Source: a virus (taxonomy: Duplodnaviria > Caudoviricetes). From it: a stretch of 64,000 bases of DNA. Below the pieces are notes generated by a model. That model saw only the letters and a list, made by a program, of their open reading frames with translations. It did no database searches and was not told the DNA's origin. The translations under genes and the position numbers were made by a program. The stretch covers positions 12,865-76,864 of the IMG/VR virus record IMGVR_UViG_3300028531_000001. One strand, given 5' to 3'. Shown in pieces: positions 16,190 through 24,731 of the stretch (positions are counted from its first letter, which is position 1; each line of letters starts with the position of its first letter).

Positions 16190-16804
16190 TCAGACCCGGC
16201 CCAATCGCAGTTCCAGTTCGTCTTCCAGCACGTCGCCCGGCATGCAATCCATCAGCCAGGCGTCTTCCTCGGCTTCGACCCGGGCCCAATACTCGGCCGC
16301 GGTCAGCGTGCGGCCTTCCAGGTACGCGAGGCGGTCTTCCTCGGACAGGCCCGGGCCATGCGAGGCGGCGGGCTTCCGGTGTGCGGCCTTGTTCCGCTCG
16401 AGTTTCCGGACGAACCCGCCGAGGAAATCGGCGAACTCGGCGGCGGTCATGTCCCGCGTCAGTTTCGAGGGGCGATCGGCCGTCTCGGGCGAGTAGGCCA
16501 GGCCGGACAGGTCGAAGGCGGGGCCCATGTCCGAGATACGGCCGAAGTGCGGGGCGGGGGCCTCGTGGGCGGCGTCGACCCGAAGGGCGGGGGAGGGCTC
16601 GACCTCGGTGGCTACCTCGACGGCCTCGGCCTGCTCGACCTCGGCGAAGTATTCCTCGATCCCGTGGCCGAAGTGGGGGAGGCGGTCCCGGTAGTTGCCG
16701 CCGTCGAACAGGACCTTCGAGGTGGAGGTGATCTGGCGGGCCGCGTGGATGGCTTCGGTGGAGGCGGACTTGACGCGGCCGGTGCGTGCGAAGATAGTGC
16801 TCAT
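16190..16804 (-). CDS. Hypothetical protein, first gene behind promoter/leader B
   Basis: 204 aa, GGAG RBS, acidic C-terminus. Confidence 0.65.
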   Translation of the reverse strand: MSTIFARTGRVKSASTEAIHAARQITSTSKVLFDGGNYRDRLPHFGHGIEEYFAEVEQAEAVEVATEVEPSPALRVDAAHEAPAPHFGRISDMGPAFDLSGLAYSPETADRPSKLTRDMTAAEFADFLGGFVRKLERNKAAHRKPAASHGPGLSEEDRLAYLEGRTLTAAEYWARVEAEEDAWLMDCMPGDVLEDELELRLGRV

Positions 16805-16805
16805 A

Positions 16806-16937
16806 GACCTGCTCCCACTTATCCTGGGGGTCTGGTTCAGGCCCGGTTAGGAGTTGGCGCTCCTGGCCGGGCCGTTTGTTTTTGAGGGCTTTCGCTCTCG
16901 ACAATCAGATAGTACGCCGCATTTCTGGTGATGTCAA
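16806..16937 (-). promoter_or_regulatory. Sigma70-type promoter plus conserved hairpin leader (copy B)
   Basis: TTGACA(16937-32)-N17-TACTAT(16914-09); hairpin 16840-16873. Confidence 0.8.
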
Positions 16938-17064
16938 TATTCTGTGTCAGAAATAAATTTTGAACGCCACTCTTATTGACCCGGTGGTATCATGTCTTTG
17001 ATGTTGTCGAGAACTTGGGTGAGCACTAAATTTCATCCCTGAACCGAATCGCGAGGGTCCTGAA

Positions 17065-17289
17065 TTGAGGCTTCAAGTGAAAAAGGGTAGGGGGCGACCG
17101 AAGAAACCGACAGGCGAAGGCATTCAGGTCCGGATCGACTCCGACCTTGTCAGGAAGGCTAAGTTCTTAGCTGCCCTAGAGAACATGGAGCCTGCCGCCT
17201 ACATTAGTCATCTCTTAAGGCCGGCCGTAGAGCAGGCATTCAAAAAGGCCGGCAGGGAATTTATCGAGGACGCCCAACCAGAGGAGTAA
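17065..17289 (+). CDS. Small DNA-binding regulator (GRGRP AT-hook plus RHH-like), divergent from promoter B
   Basis: KKGRGRPKK...IQVRIDSDLVRKAKFLAALE...AAYISHLL. Confidence 0.65.
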   Translation: MRLQVKKGRGRPKKPTGEGIQVRIDSDLVRKAKFLAALENMEPAAYISHLLRPAVEQAFKKAGREFIEDAQPEE

Positions 17290-17399
17290 TTTGCAACTTG
17301 CAAATAACCCCGGAACCATCCGCCTCGTTCAGTCTTTTGCAAGTTGCAAATAACCACCGCCGGGCCTGACCGGCACAGCCCTCTTTTGCAAGTTGCAAA
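17290..17399. repeat. Three 15-bp palindromes TTTGCAA(C/G)TTGCAAA, parS-like centromere candidate
   Basis: At 17290-17304, 17336-17350 and 17385-17399, immediately upstream of parA. Confidence 0.8.
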
Positions 17400-17479
17400 T
17401 AGGCCGAGTCGACTCCAGACGCCAGCGACCAACCGCCGATCCTCTCTAATGCCCCAATGACGGGGCAGGGGAGGATCGC

Positions 17480-18271
17480 ATGCGTTCGATCGTGCTGCTG
17501 AATCAGAAGGGCGGGGTCGGCAAGACCTCGACCTGCCACCATCTCGCGGGGACGCTGGCCAAGCGGGGCCGGCGCGTCCTCTGCCTGGACGTCGATCCCC
17601 AGGCCAGCCTGACGCAGGGCTTCTTCGGGCCCGAGTGGACCCGGTCGCTCGACCCGTCGCGGTCGATCGCGGCGTACTACACCGAGGAAGGATTCGACCC
17701 GTCGATCCCGATGGCGGTCGAGACGCCGGTGCAGGGGGTCTCCATCATCCCCGGCTCGGCCCGCCTGAACTCGTTCAACCTGCCGGACCCCGAGGGCGAC
17801 CACCGGCAGTTCGTCCTGCGCGAGGCCCTGGCGGACCTGGAAGGCCAGTACGACGACGTGCTGATCGACTGCCCGCCCAATCTCTGCTTGTGCTCGTGGT
17901 CGGCCCTGGCGGCGGCGGACGGGGTCATCGTTCCGCTCCAGGCCGAGGACTACGGCGCGCAAGGGATTTTCGCGATCACCGGCGCGATCGAGGCCGCCCG
18001 CCAGCAGGTCAACGCCTCGCTGGAGCTCTACGGCTTCCTGATCACGATGTACAACAAGGCCCTGTCGATCCACGTCGCCTACGCGAGCCAGCTCCGCGAC
18101 CTCTACGGGGCGAAGGTCTTCGCCACCGAGATCCCGCTGGCCAAGGACTTCAAGGAGGCCGTCGCCAGCCGCCTGCCGATCTCGCACTACAAGCCGAAGT
18201 CCGCACCGGCCAGGACGCTGGCAGCCCTGGCCGCGGAGCTCGACGCGCTGACCATGACGGAGGCCGCGTGA
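17480..18271 (+). CDS. parA: ParA family partition ATPase
   Basis: Deviant Walker A NQKGGVGKTS, LDVDPQASLT, VLIDCPPNL, AADGVIVP. Confidence 0.96.
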   Translation: MRSIVLLNQKGGVGKTSTCHHLAGTLAKRGRRVLCLDVDPQASLTQGFFGPEWTRSLDPSRSIAAYYTEEGFDPSIPMAVETPVQGVSIIPGSARLNSFNLPDPEGDHRQFVLREALADLEGQYDDVLIDCPPNLCLCSWSALAAADGVIVPLQAEDYGAQGIFAITGAIEAARQQVNASLELYGFLITMYNKALSIHVAYASQLRDLYGAKVFATEIPLAKDFKEAVASRLPISHYKPKSAPARTLAALAAELDALTMTEAA

Positions 18272-19176
18272 TGGCGAAGGGTGCCGACATGCTCCGCGCG
18301 AAATTCGGCGCGAACATGGCCGAGTCGATGGCCGCCAGCACGACCGCCCACGCCCCGCACATCATGCCGGGGGCCGGGTCCGCCCAGGAGAAGCAGGAGG
18401 GGACCAAGGCCCTCCGCGACGGGAAATTGATCGAGCTCCGGAAGATCATGCCCGACCCCGACCAGCCGCGCAAGGCGTTCGAGCCCGAGGAACTCGAGCG
18501 GCTCTCGTCGTCGATCCGGGACAGGGGGGTGCTCCAGCCGATCCGCGTCCGCTGGTCGGACGAGCACAGGATGTGGGTCATCATCGCGGGCGAGCGGAGG
18601 TATCGGGCCGCACGGATCGCGGGCCTGTCCGAGCTGCCGTGCGTGACGGTCCACGCCGAGCAGGACGCGGGCGAACTCCTGATCGACCAGCTGATCGAGA
18701 ACTGCCTCCGCGAGGACCTCCAGCCGATCGAGCAGGCCAACGCGTTCAAGGCCCTCATGGACCGCAACGACTGGCCGGCCTCGCGCCTGGCGATCGAGTT
18801 GAACCTTTCGAACTCGATGGTCAGCCGGGCCCTGGCGCTCCTGAAGCTCGCCCCGGAACTCCAGGCGCAGGTGGACGCGGGCGAGTTGCCGGCATCGACC
18901 GCCGTGCAGATCGCGAGGGTCGAGGACCCCGCCGCCCAGGTCGAGCTCGCCGAACGGTCCAGGACCGAGAGCGTCAAGGCGATCAAGGCCGAGGTCGCGA
19001 GCGAGGCACCCAGGGGCAGGGGGCGCGTGGCCACCCGCATCACGATTTCCAGGGCATACGGCCAATCGACCCTAACCTACGCAGGTCCGGTGGGGGCATC
19101 TCGCCAGGAAGCGATCGAGGCCGCGAAGAAGTTCCTGAAGGACCTGGCGAAGGACCCGAAGCTGTCGGACGGCTGA
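18271..19176 (+). CDS. parB: ParB/Spo0J family partition protein
   Basis: PDPDQPRK.F....LERL..SI...GVLQPI.V...IIAGERRYRAA, ENCLREDLQPIEQA, HTH region; coupled to the parA stop. Confidence 0.95.
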   Translation: MAKGADMLRAKFGANMAESMAASTTAHAPHIMPGAGSAQEKQEGTKALRDGKLIELRKIMPDPDQPRKAFEPEELERLSSSIRDRGVLQPIRVRWSDEHRMWVIIAGERRYRAARIAGLSELPCVTVHAEQDAGELLIDQLIENCLREDLQPIEQANAFKALMDRNDWPASRLAIELNLSNSMVSRALALLKLAPELQAQVDAGELPASTAVQIARVEDPAAQVELAERSRTESVKAIKAEVASEAPRGRGRVATRITISRAYGQSTLTYAGPVGASRQEAIEAAKKFLKDLAKDPKLSDG

Positions 19177-19837
19177 CCATAGGGCCCCACTTCGACCGGT
19201 CGACCGCCGCGTCCTCGGGCGGCAACCCCGCCAGCGACCTCCACAGCCCCCGCATCGGGTGTCCCGGCGGGTACTCCGCCAGCTTCGCCAGGGCCTCGGC
19301 CTTCTCCGCCTCGGGCATGGCGACCGACGCGGGCTCGGGCGGGGCCTGCGGTCCGGGGGGCTTCGCTTCCGTCTCCCCCCGGACCGGCCCGGGGCTCCCC
19401 AAGCCCACGGGGCCGGTTTCTCCTTTTCTCTTCCCTTGTGGATCTAATTCGGGTGCGAGCGATTTCACCCCGGGGGATGACGCCGATTTCACCCGGGGCG
19501 TGTCAGGAATTTCACCCCCCCTCCAAATGAGATAGATCAGCCGGCCGCTGGCGAAACGGCCCGAGGCGTCGTCCTCGCGGCGGATGTGCCCGGCCTTCTC
19601 GAGCCGCGAGAGGCTCGACTGGATCGTCCGCTCGGAGCACCGGCCCATGCCGGCCAGGGTGCGGTTTCCCATCGAGGCCCAGTCCTTCGACCGGGCAAAT
19701 CGGAGGATCGACGCCAGCGTCTGGATGTCCCGGGCCTTCAGCCTCGGGTCGTCCTGGACGTGATGGGGGACCGCCGAGAAGAACGGCACTTTCGGCTTGC
19801 TTCGCGCGGTCGGGCGCGTACAATCGACGTAGCTCAT
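19040..19837 (-). CDS. Winged-HTH replication-initiator-like protein
   Basis: VQDDPRLKARDI..LA.I...SMGNRTLAGM.RCSERTIQSSLSRLEKAGHIRR N-domain followed by a repeat-containing linker; the 3' end overlaps parB antisense by 137 bp, so the true end is uncertain. Confidence 0.65.
   Translation of the reverse strand: MSYVDCTRPTARSKPKVPFFSAVPHHVQDDPRLKARDIQTLASILRFARSKDWASMGNRTLAGMGRCSERTIQSSLSRLEKAGHIRREDDASGRFASGRLIYLIWRGGEIPDTPRVKSASSPGVKSLAPELDPQGKRKGETGPVGLGSPGPVRGETEAKPPGPQAPPEPASVAMPEAEKAEALAKLAEYPPGHPMRGLWRSLAGLPPEDAAVDRSKWGPMVSRPTASGPSPGPSGTSSRPRSLPGEMPPPDLRRLGSIGRMPWKS
19461..19517. repeat. Three (G/A)ATTTCACCC direct repeats, iteron candidates inside the HTH-Rep gene
   Basis: At 19461, 19485 and 19508 (24/23-bp spacing). 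Confidence 0.6.
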
Positions 19838-19906
19838 TGGGCCTGATTCCCGTTGAGTGCCACGCTCAGGCGGTGCGGGCAAGCACCGACCCCGAGCAAA
19901 TCAATG

Positions 19907-19941
19907 CCCCGCGGACGCTGCAAACGTTCGCGGGGTTTTTT
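19907..19941. promoter_or_regulatory. Hairpin (CTGCAAA loop) with T-run, in the leader of the HTH-Rep gene
   Basis: CCCCGCGGACG-CTGCAAA-CGTTCGCGGGG-TTTTTT. Confidence 0.55.
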
Positions 19942-20126
19942 CGTACCCTCATATCTATCGCGCCCGGTCTCAATTGGCAAGCTCCAGTAATACTGGAATC
20001 TCCGCCGACCGATGCGCGGTAATACCGAGGTCCCGAATCCTATCCCGTAAACGCAAGGCTGCCGCGGCCTCCGCCGCTCGGTGCATGCGTTCAGTTTACT
20101 CGATCAGGCCGGCCGATCAAGGCCGA

Positions 20127-20145
20127 TGATCCATTTTCTCACCTA
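20127..20145 (-). promoter_or_regulatory. Dispersed motif copy TAGGTGAGAAAATGGATCA
   Basis: Upstream of promoter 20179. Confidence 0.6.
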
Positions 20146-20178
20146 CAGTCTCAATTGCGACAATTCTGCATTTCCGCC

Positions 20179-20207
20179 TTGCTGGCGGGTGGGGCGGGGC
20201 CTATACT
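20179..20207 (+). promoter_or_regulatory. Early promoter
   Basis: TTGCTG-N17-TATACT. Confidence 0.65.
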
Positions 20208-20217
20208 GACTCATAAC

Positions 20218-20236
20218 GAGGTGAGAAGATGTTGCC
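20218..20236 (+). promoter_or_regulatory. Dispersed motif copy GAGGTGAGAAGATGTTGCC
   Basis: 10 bp downstream of the -10 box. Confidence 0.7.
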
Positions 20237-20300
20237 TGTCGTGCGAGCGGGGTGAGCGGAAAGCTCCCGCTCCCGGCGGGATACAGATGGATGGGCTCCC

Positions 20301-21068
20301 ATGAGCGATGCGCCGACCCTTGCCAGCCCCGACGACATCCCCTACGACCTGGCCTATGACGCCTATCGCCACACGAGCCATTTCCCAGAGGACCGGGCGG
20401 AGCGGGCCAGGGCGGATTACGCAGAGGCCGTGAACGGCTTCTACGCCGAGTGCTGGAGGAGATGCGTCTCGGACGAGCAGAGGGAGATCCTTGCGGCCGA
20501 GATGGCTGCTTACCGCGAAGCCTACCTGGCTAGACGCAAGGCCCTTCTGTCGGGCCAGTCCCGCCTCGTCTCGGCCCACATCGCCGGGCCGTCCAACTTC
20601 CCAGTGCGGCAGATGCGGAAGCGGTATGACGCGGATCACAGCCGCACGATGGACTTCCTCGAGTGGGACCGCAAGGCCAGGGCCGCCATCCTTCGGAAGA
20701 TCAAGGAGGCGAGGCCGGCGGAAGCGATCGAGAACGAGCGGGTACTTTCTTTCACGAGGGACATCGCCGACATCCTCGTATCGATCCACCACACCGACAC
20801 GGGGAAGCACTACTCCGACCGCTCGTTGCTGGTGAGGTCGATCGCCAGCAAGACGAGGCGGCGGGCGATGGCGGGCGATGTCCGGGCCGTCGAGAAGGCC
20901 ATCGAGATCGTCCAGGTCTACAACCGGAAGTATTCGCCGGCCGCTATCGCGGAGCGGCACAAATTCTGGGGCTTCGCCGACCTGGCCCGCGAGAAGGCCG
21001 GCCTCGTGTGTGCCGAAGCGGCAGAAGGGCACGCGCAAAGCGGGTTGGGCGCGCCGGATGAGCATTAA
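20301..21068 (+). CDS. Conserved mobile-element hypothetical protein
   Basis: SAHIAGPSNFPVRQMRKR motif recalled from polyvalent/plasmid proteins; family not pinned down. Confidence 0.6.
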   Translation: MSDAPTLASPDDIPYDLAYDAYRHTSHFPEDRAERARADYAEAVNGFYAECWRRCVSDEQREILAAEMAAYREAYLARRKALLSGQSRLVSAHIAGPSNFPVRQMRKRYDADHSRTMDFLEWDRKARAAILRKIKEARPAEAIENERVLSFTRDIADILVSIHHTDTGKHYSDRSLLVRSIASKTRRRAMAGDVRAVEKAIEIVQVYNRKYSPAAIAERHKFWGFADLAREKAGLVCAEAAEGHAQSGLGAPDEH

Positions 21069-21099
21069 GCCGACCGAGGTCTGAATCCTTTCGCTCCCC

Positions 21100-21118
21100 G
21101 AGGTGAGAAAATGATACC
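21100..21118 (+). promoter_or_regulatory. Dispersed motif copy GAGGTGAGAAAATGATACC
   Basis: Directly at the 5' end of ArsR-like gene 1. Confidence 0.7.
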
Positions 21119-21443
21119 TCCGACGCAGGAACCCCCGATGACGCAGCAGCAGCAAGCCCCCGGACGATTCGGCCCCCTGGCCAACCTGTACTACCTGCTC
21201 TCGAGCGAGTCCCGGCTGGCCCTGCTCGAGCGGATGGCGAAGGGCGTGACCGCCCGGAGCGAACTGATCGACCTGGAGGGGATCGGCCAGTCCAGCACGG
21301 CCCACAACCTCGGGCACCTCCGCCGGGCCGGCCTGCTGCGGCGGTCGGTCGGGCAGGGGGGCGTCCGGTACGAGATCGTCGAGAGCCGCGTGCGGGAATT
21401 GATGGACCACCTGGGATCGCTGATCGGATCGAGCACCAATTGA
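21111..21443 (+). CDS. ArsR/SmtB-family winged-HTH regulator 1
   Basis: LLSSESRLALL...IGQSSTAHNLGHLRRAGLL; start 21111 or 21138. Confidence 0.75.
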   Translation: MIPPTQEPPMTQQQQAPGRFGPLANLYYLLSSESRLALLERMAKGVTARSELIDLEGIGQSSTAHNLGHLRRAGLLRRSVGQGGVRYEIVESRVRELMDHLGSLIGSSTN

Positions 21444-21455
21444 AGGGAGGCATTC

Positions 21456-21839
21456 ATGAAAGCCTGCTGCTTCTGCCAAGGACCGCTGCACCCCGATCCC
21501 GGCTTCGGGGTTTGCGAGGAATGCTCGGGGTCCATCCGCAAAGAGATGGTCTTCGAGGGCGATGAACCGAGCGAGCACGAGGACGAGCCGAAGGTCTGCG
21601 AGTGCAACGCCACCATCGATGAGGTGAACGTCGCCAAGCGATGCGGCTGCTGCAAATCTGAAGGATGCAGTGTGTGCCTGCCCCAAGGGGAGTGCGAGGA
21701 GTGTTTTGTCGAGAACGCTCAGGAGAGGGCTAAAGAGGAATACGAGAGTGACAAGTGGTCGATGAAGCGTGTCCTGGAAAAGAGACGGGCTTCGGTCCAA
21801 CTCAAGCACCAAGAAGAACTGCAAAACGCCTTCAAATAA
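21456..21839 (+). CDS. Cys-rich putative Zn-binding protein
   Basis: Multiple CxxC/CxC motifs; AGGGAGG RBS. Confidence 0.6.
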   Translation: MKACCFCQGPLHPDPGFGVCEECSGSIRKEMVFEGDEPSEHEDEPKVCECNATIDEVNVAKRCGCCKSEGCSVCLPQGECEECFVENAQERAKEEYESDKWSMKRVLEKRRASVQLKHQEELQNAFK

Positions 21840-21867
21840 TCATCCCCAACTGAGAAGGACACCATCC

Positions 21868-23004
21868 GTGGCGACCGCGACCGAAAGCCTGACCTTCCGC
21901 TGCAACCGGGCTCTGCTCCAGAGGGCCTTCGCCGAGATCGTCGGCGTCGCCCCGTCGCGCAGCCCCAAGCCGATCCTCCAGAACATCAAGATGGCCGTCG
22001 GCCCCGATGGCGCATCCCTGATCGCGACCGACCTCGAAGTGGCGATCACCCGCGAGGTCTCGGGCGTGACGTCCGACCGGCCGGCGAGCCTGATCCTGCC
22101 CGCGGCGAAGGTCGGCCAGATCCTCCGGGCCAGCTCCGACGACGACCTGACGATCGACCTGGAAGACGGCAACCTGACGATCCGAGGGGCCCGGAGCAAA
22201 TTCACGCTCCCCTCGAGCGACCCGGCCGAGTTCCCCGAGCCGCCCGCGTTCGACTCCGAAGACTTCGCCTCGATCCCGGCGGCGGACCTACGCCGGCTGA
22301 TCCGGCGGACGACGTTTGCCACCGACGTCGAGAGCACCCGATACGCACTGGGCGGGGTGCTGTTCGAGTTCGGCGACGGGACGCTGGCGGGGGTCGGGAC
22401 CGACGGCCGGAGGCTGGCACGCGTCGTCGTCCCGTGCGAGGGGCAGGGGGGATTCACGCCGCCCGGGAAGGCCCCGGTCATCCCCACGAAGTGCCTGAAC
22501 CTGCTCCTGAAGTCCCTGGAAGACACCGACCCGCCCGTGCACGTCCGCGTCGACGCCGACCGGTCGGTGATGTTCCGCACGCACAACGCGACCATCTACA
22601 GCCGCCTCGTCGAAGGCCGCTTCCCCCGCTACCAGGACGTCTTCCCGGCCGAGGCGACCGCCGTCATCCCGGTCGGCGTCGGGCCGCTCCTGGCCGCCAC
22701 GCAGCAGGCCATGATCGTCACCAGCGAGGAAAGCCGGGGCGTCGATTTCCGCTTCGACTGCGGCATGCTCTCGCTGTCCAGCCAGGCCCCCGATGCGGGG
22801 AGTTCGACGGTGGACCTGCCGATCGACTACGACGGCCAGGCGATCGAGATCACGTTCGACCCGCGGTATCTGATCGACGCGCTGAAGGTTTTGGATGAAT
22901 CCGCGAATATCTCGGTCGAGCTGATCGACCACAAGAACGCGGCCGTCTTCAGGACCGAGGACGATTACACCTATGTCGTCATGCCGCTGACGTCGCGGCG
23001 TTAG
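21868..23004 (+). CDS. dnaN: DNA polymerase III beta subunit (sliding clamp)
   Basis: PKPILQNIK, LIATDLE, RYALGGV, VGTDGRRLA, RLVEGRFP.Y..V.P, FDPRYLIDAL, YVVMPL; GTG at 21868. Confidence 0.95.
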   Translation: MATATESLTFRCNRALLQRAFAEIVGVAPSRSPKPILQNIKMAVGPDGASLIATDLEVAITREVSGVTSDRPASLILPAAKVGQILRASSDDDLTIDLEDGNLTIRGARSKFTLPSSDPAEFPEPPAFDSEDFASIPAADLRRLIRRTTFATDVESTRYALGGVLFEFGDGTLAGVGTDGRRLARVVVPCEGQGGFTPPGKAPVIPTKCLNLLLKSLEDTDPPVHVRVDADRSVMFRTHNATIYSRLVEGRFPRYQDVFPAEATAVIPVGVGPLLAATQQAMIVTSEESRGVDFRFDCGMLSLSSQAPDAGSSTVDLPIDYDGQAIEITFDPRYLIDALKVLDESANISVELIDHKNAAVFRTEDDYTYVVMPLTSRR

Positions 23005-23012
23005 GAGGGGCC

Positions 23013-23201
23013 GTGGCATACATGCGTTGGGCGGAAGTGGCCGAGACGGCGGCCGTGCTGGGCGCCGTAATCGTCGGGATACCCGCCATCTGCGGGTGGG
23101 TCGGGTACAGGTGGGGGAAGCGGGCGAGGCCGGGCCCGGAGCGTGAGCCATTCGGGGGTGAGCAGACGTTCGAGATGCCTGGATCTGAGGGGAGGGACTG
23201 A
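23013..23201 (+). CDS. Small membrane protein
   Basis: TM AAVLGAVIVGIPAICGWVGY, AGGAGG RBS. Confidence 0.55.
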   Translation: MAYMRWAEVAETAAVLGAVIVGIPAICGWVGYRWGKRARPGPEREPFGGEQTFEMPGSEGRD

Positions 23202-23443
23202 TGGCGACCGAGACGACGGGGCTGGAGTGGGAGGAAACGCAGATCGACGGCAAGTCGTTCTGGGTGACCGAGTCTGGCGAGTTGGGACTGTCGATCGGAG
23301 TTTCCGGCAATGAGTATGTGTGGGAGATGTGGTGCTTTTGCTGCAACAACAAGCTCGACGACGGCTCTGAACCCACCCTCGAAGCCGCCAAGGCCGCCGT
23401 TGAGCGGATCGTGGGGCAGGACCAGCCGGGAGGTGCCGGATGA
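23201..23443 (+). CDS. Small phage protein
   Basis: LEWEE...TLEAAKAAVE pattern; coupled to both neighbours. Confidence 0.6.
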   Translation: MATETTGLEWEETQIDGKSFWVTESGELGLSIGVSGNEYVWEMWCFCCNNKLDDGSEPTLEAAKAAVERIVGQDQPGGAG

Positions 23444-24006
23444 GCGACGAGACTGCGGCGGCGATTCCTGATGAACTGTGGGGGCTGCGATGGAAGGGCA
23501 AGGAGAGCCAATGGCTTTCTGAGGGCGACTGGGATATCGCAGCCTGCGTATCGAGAGAGGCGACTCAATCGGATGCGTTCTGGAGCAAACCGCAGCACCG
23601 GGACTTATGGGAGCCCGTCCTCATCGGCGTGAGCCCCGCCATCCGCGACGAGCGTGACGCACTGCGGGCGGAGAACGAGAAACTGAGGTCGGCCGCTATC
23701 AACATGGCTCGGGCGGCGGGGAATGAGTCCGAGAAGTGCGATCACTGGATTGCCGAGCATATCAGGTTGGCCGATCGCATCGCGGAACTAGAAGCCGAGC
23801 TTGCCACGCTGCGGGGCGAGGGGCCGCTACGGGTCGGGGATGTGGTGCAGATGCTGTCCCCAGACGGGATGCGGTGCATGTTCATCGTCGAGCCGAGCAA
23901 CATTGCTCCAGGCGGGTTCATCCAGCAGTCCCTGCATTTGGGAGCCCAGATCCATCGCATCGGCCGAGCAGTCCGCATGCCCGATGGGACGCCCGTGGAC
24001 CAGTGA
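23440..24006 (+). CDS. Modular coiled-coil phage protein (paralogue of 29517-30248)
   Basis: Shares 36-bp and 30-bp DNA blocks with 29517-30248 and a 22-bp block with 28310-28660. Confidence 0.65.
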   Translation: MSDETAAAIPDELWGLRWKGKESQWLSEGDWDIAACVSREATQSDAFWSKPQHRDLWEPVLIGVSPAIRDERDALRAENEKLRSAAINMARAAGNESEKCDHWIAEHIRLADRIAELEAELATLRGEGPLRVGDVVQMLSPDGMRCMFIVEPSNIAPGGFIQQSLHLGAQIHRIGRAVRMPDGTPVDQ

Positions 24007-24035
24007 CCCAGGCCAGCAGGGGAGGTGGGGGATCT

Positions 24036-24731
24036 ATGCGAGTCTACCTGGCCAGTCCGAATACGCAACAACAGGCTGAGCACGCCTGCGACATGCCGGT
24101 CCTGCTGTCGTTCGGCTGCTGGTCGGACTGGATGGACCGCTACCAGGCGACGTTCTCGCGGTTGTTGATCGATTCGGGAGCTTACAGCGAGTTGAACTCA
24201 GGTAAGAAAATCGATCTCGATGCCTACATGGATTGGGCCGGTCGGTGGGTCGGGCACGCCGACGCGATCGCGGGGCTGGACGACATCTCGGGCGACTGGC
24301 GGCGGTCGCTGGCCAACTACGAGCGGTTCGTTTTGGGCTTCCCGACGTATCACGACACGGACCCGCCCGAACTCCTCGACGACCTGATCGAGATCGCCCG
24401 CGAGCGTGGACGCTGGATCGGCCTGGGCGTCAAGCCGCCGCGAGAGGGCAAGGAGCGATGGATCCGAGACGCATGCGAGCGAATTCCCGAGGACTTCCAC
24501 ATCCACGGCTGGGCGCTCAGGCGATACACGCACGTCAGGCGGATGGACTCGGCCGATAGCACTAACTGGTGGCGGGACGCGATGAAACTCCGCGTTACAA
24601 GCGGGCTGGAACACCTGACCTACGGCGAGTGCCTCGGAATCGTCGTCAAGCGATATCAGCGGTGGGAGAGGACGATCAAAGAGCCCGCAAAGCAGCCGAG
24701 CCTGTGGGATTCGCTGGAGGTGGCCTTGTGA
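24036..24731 (+). CDS. dpdA: DpdA-like / TGT-like 7-deazaguanine DNA transglycosylase
   Basis: LLIDSGAYS, GLDDI.GD, FPTYH, HIHGWA, DSADSTNW motifs of short TGT-fold phage proteins; coupled to queE. Confidence 0.7.
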   Translation: MRVYLASPNTQQQAEHACDMPVLLSFGCWSDWMDRYQATFSRLLIDSGAYSELNSGKKIDLDAYMDWAGRWVGHADAIAGLDDISGDWRRSLANYERFVLGFPTYHDTDPPELLDDLIEIARERGRWIGLGVKPPREGKERWIRDACERIPEDFHIHGWALRRYTHVRRMDSADSTNWWRDAMKLRVTSGLEHLTYGECLGIVVKRYQRWERTIKEPAKQPSLWDSLEVAL

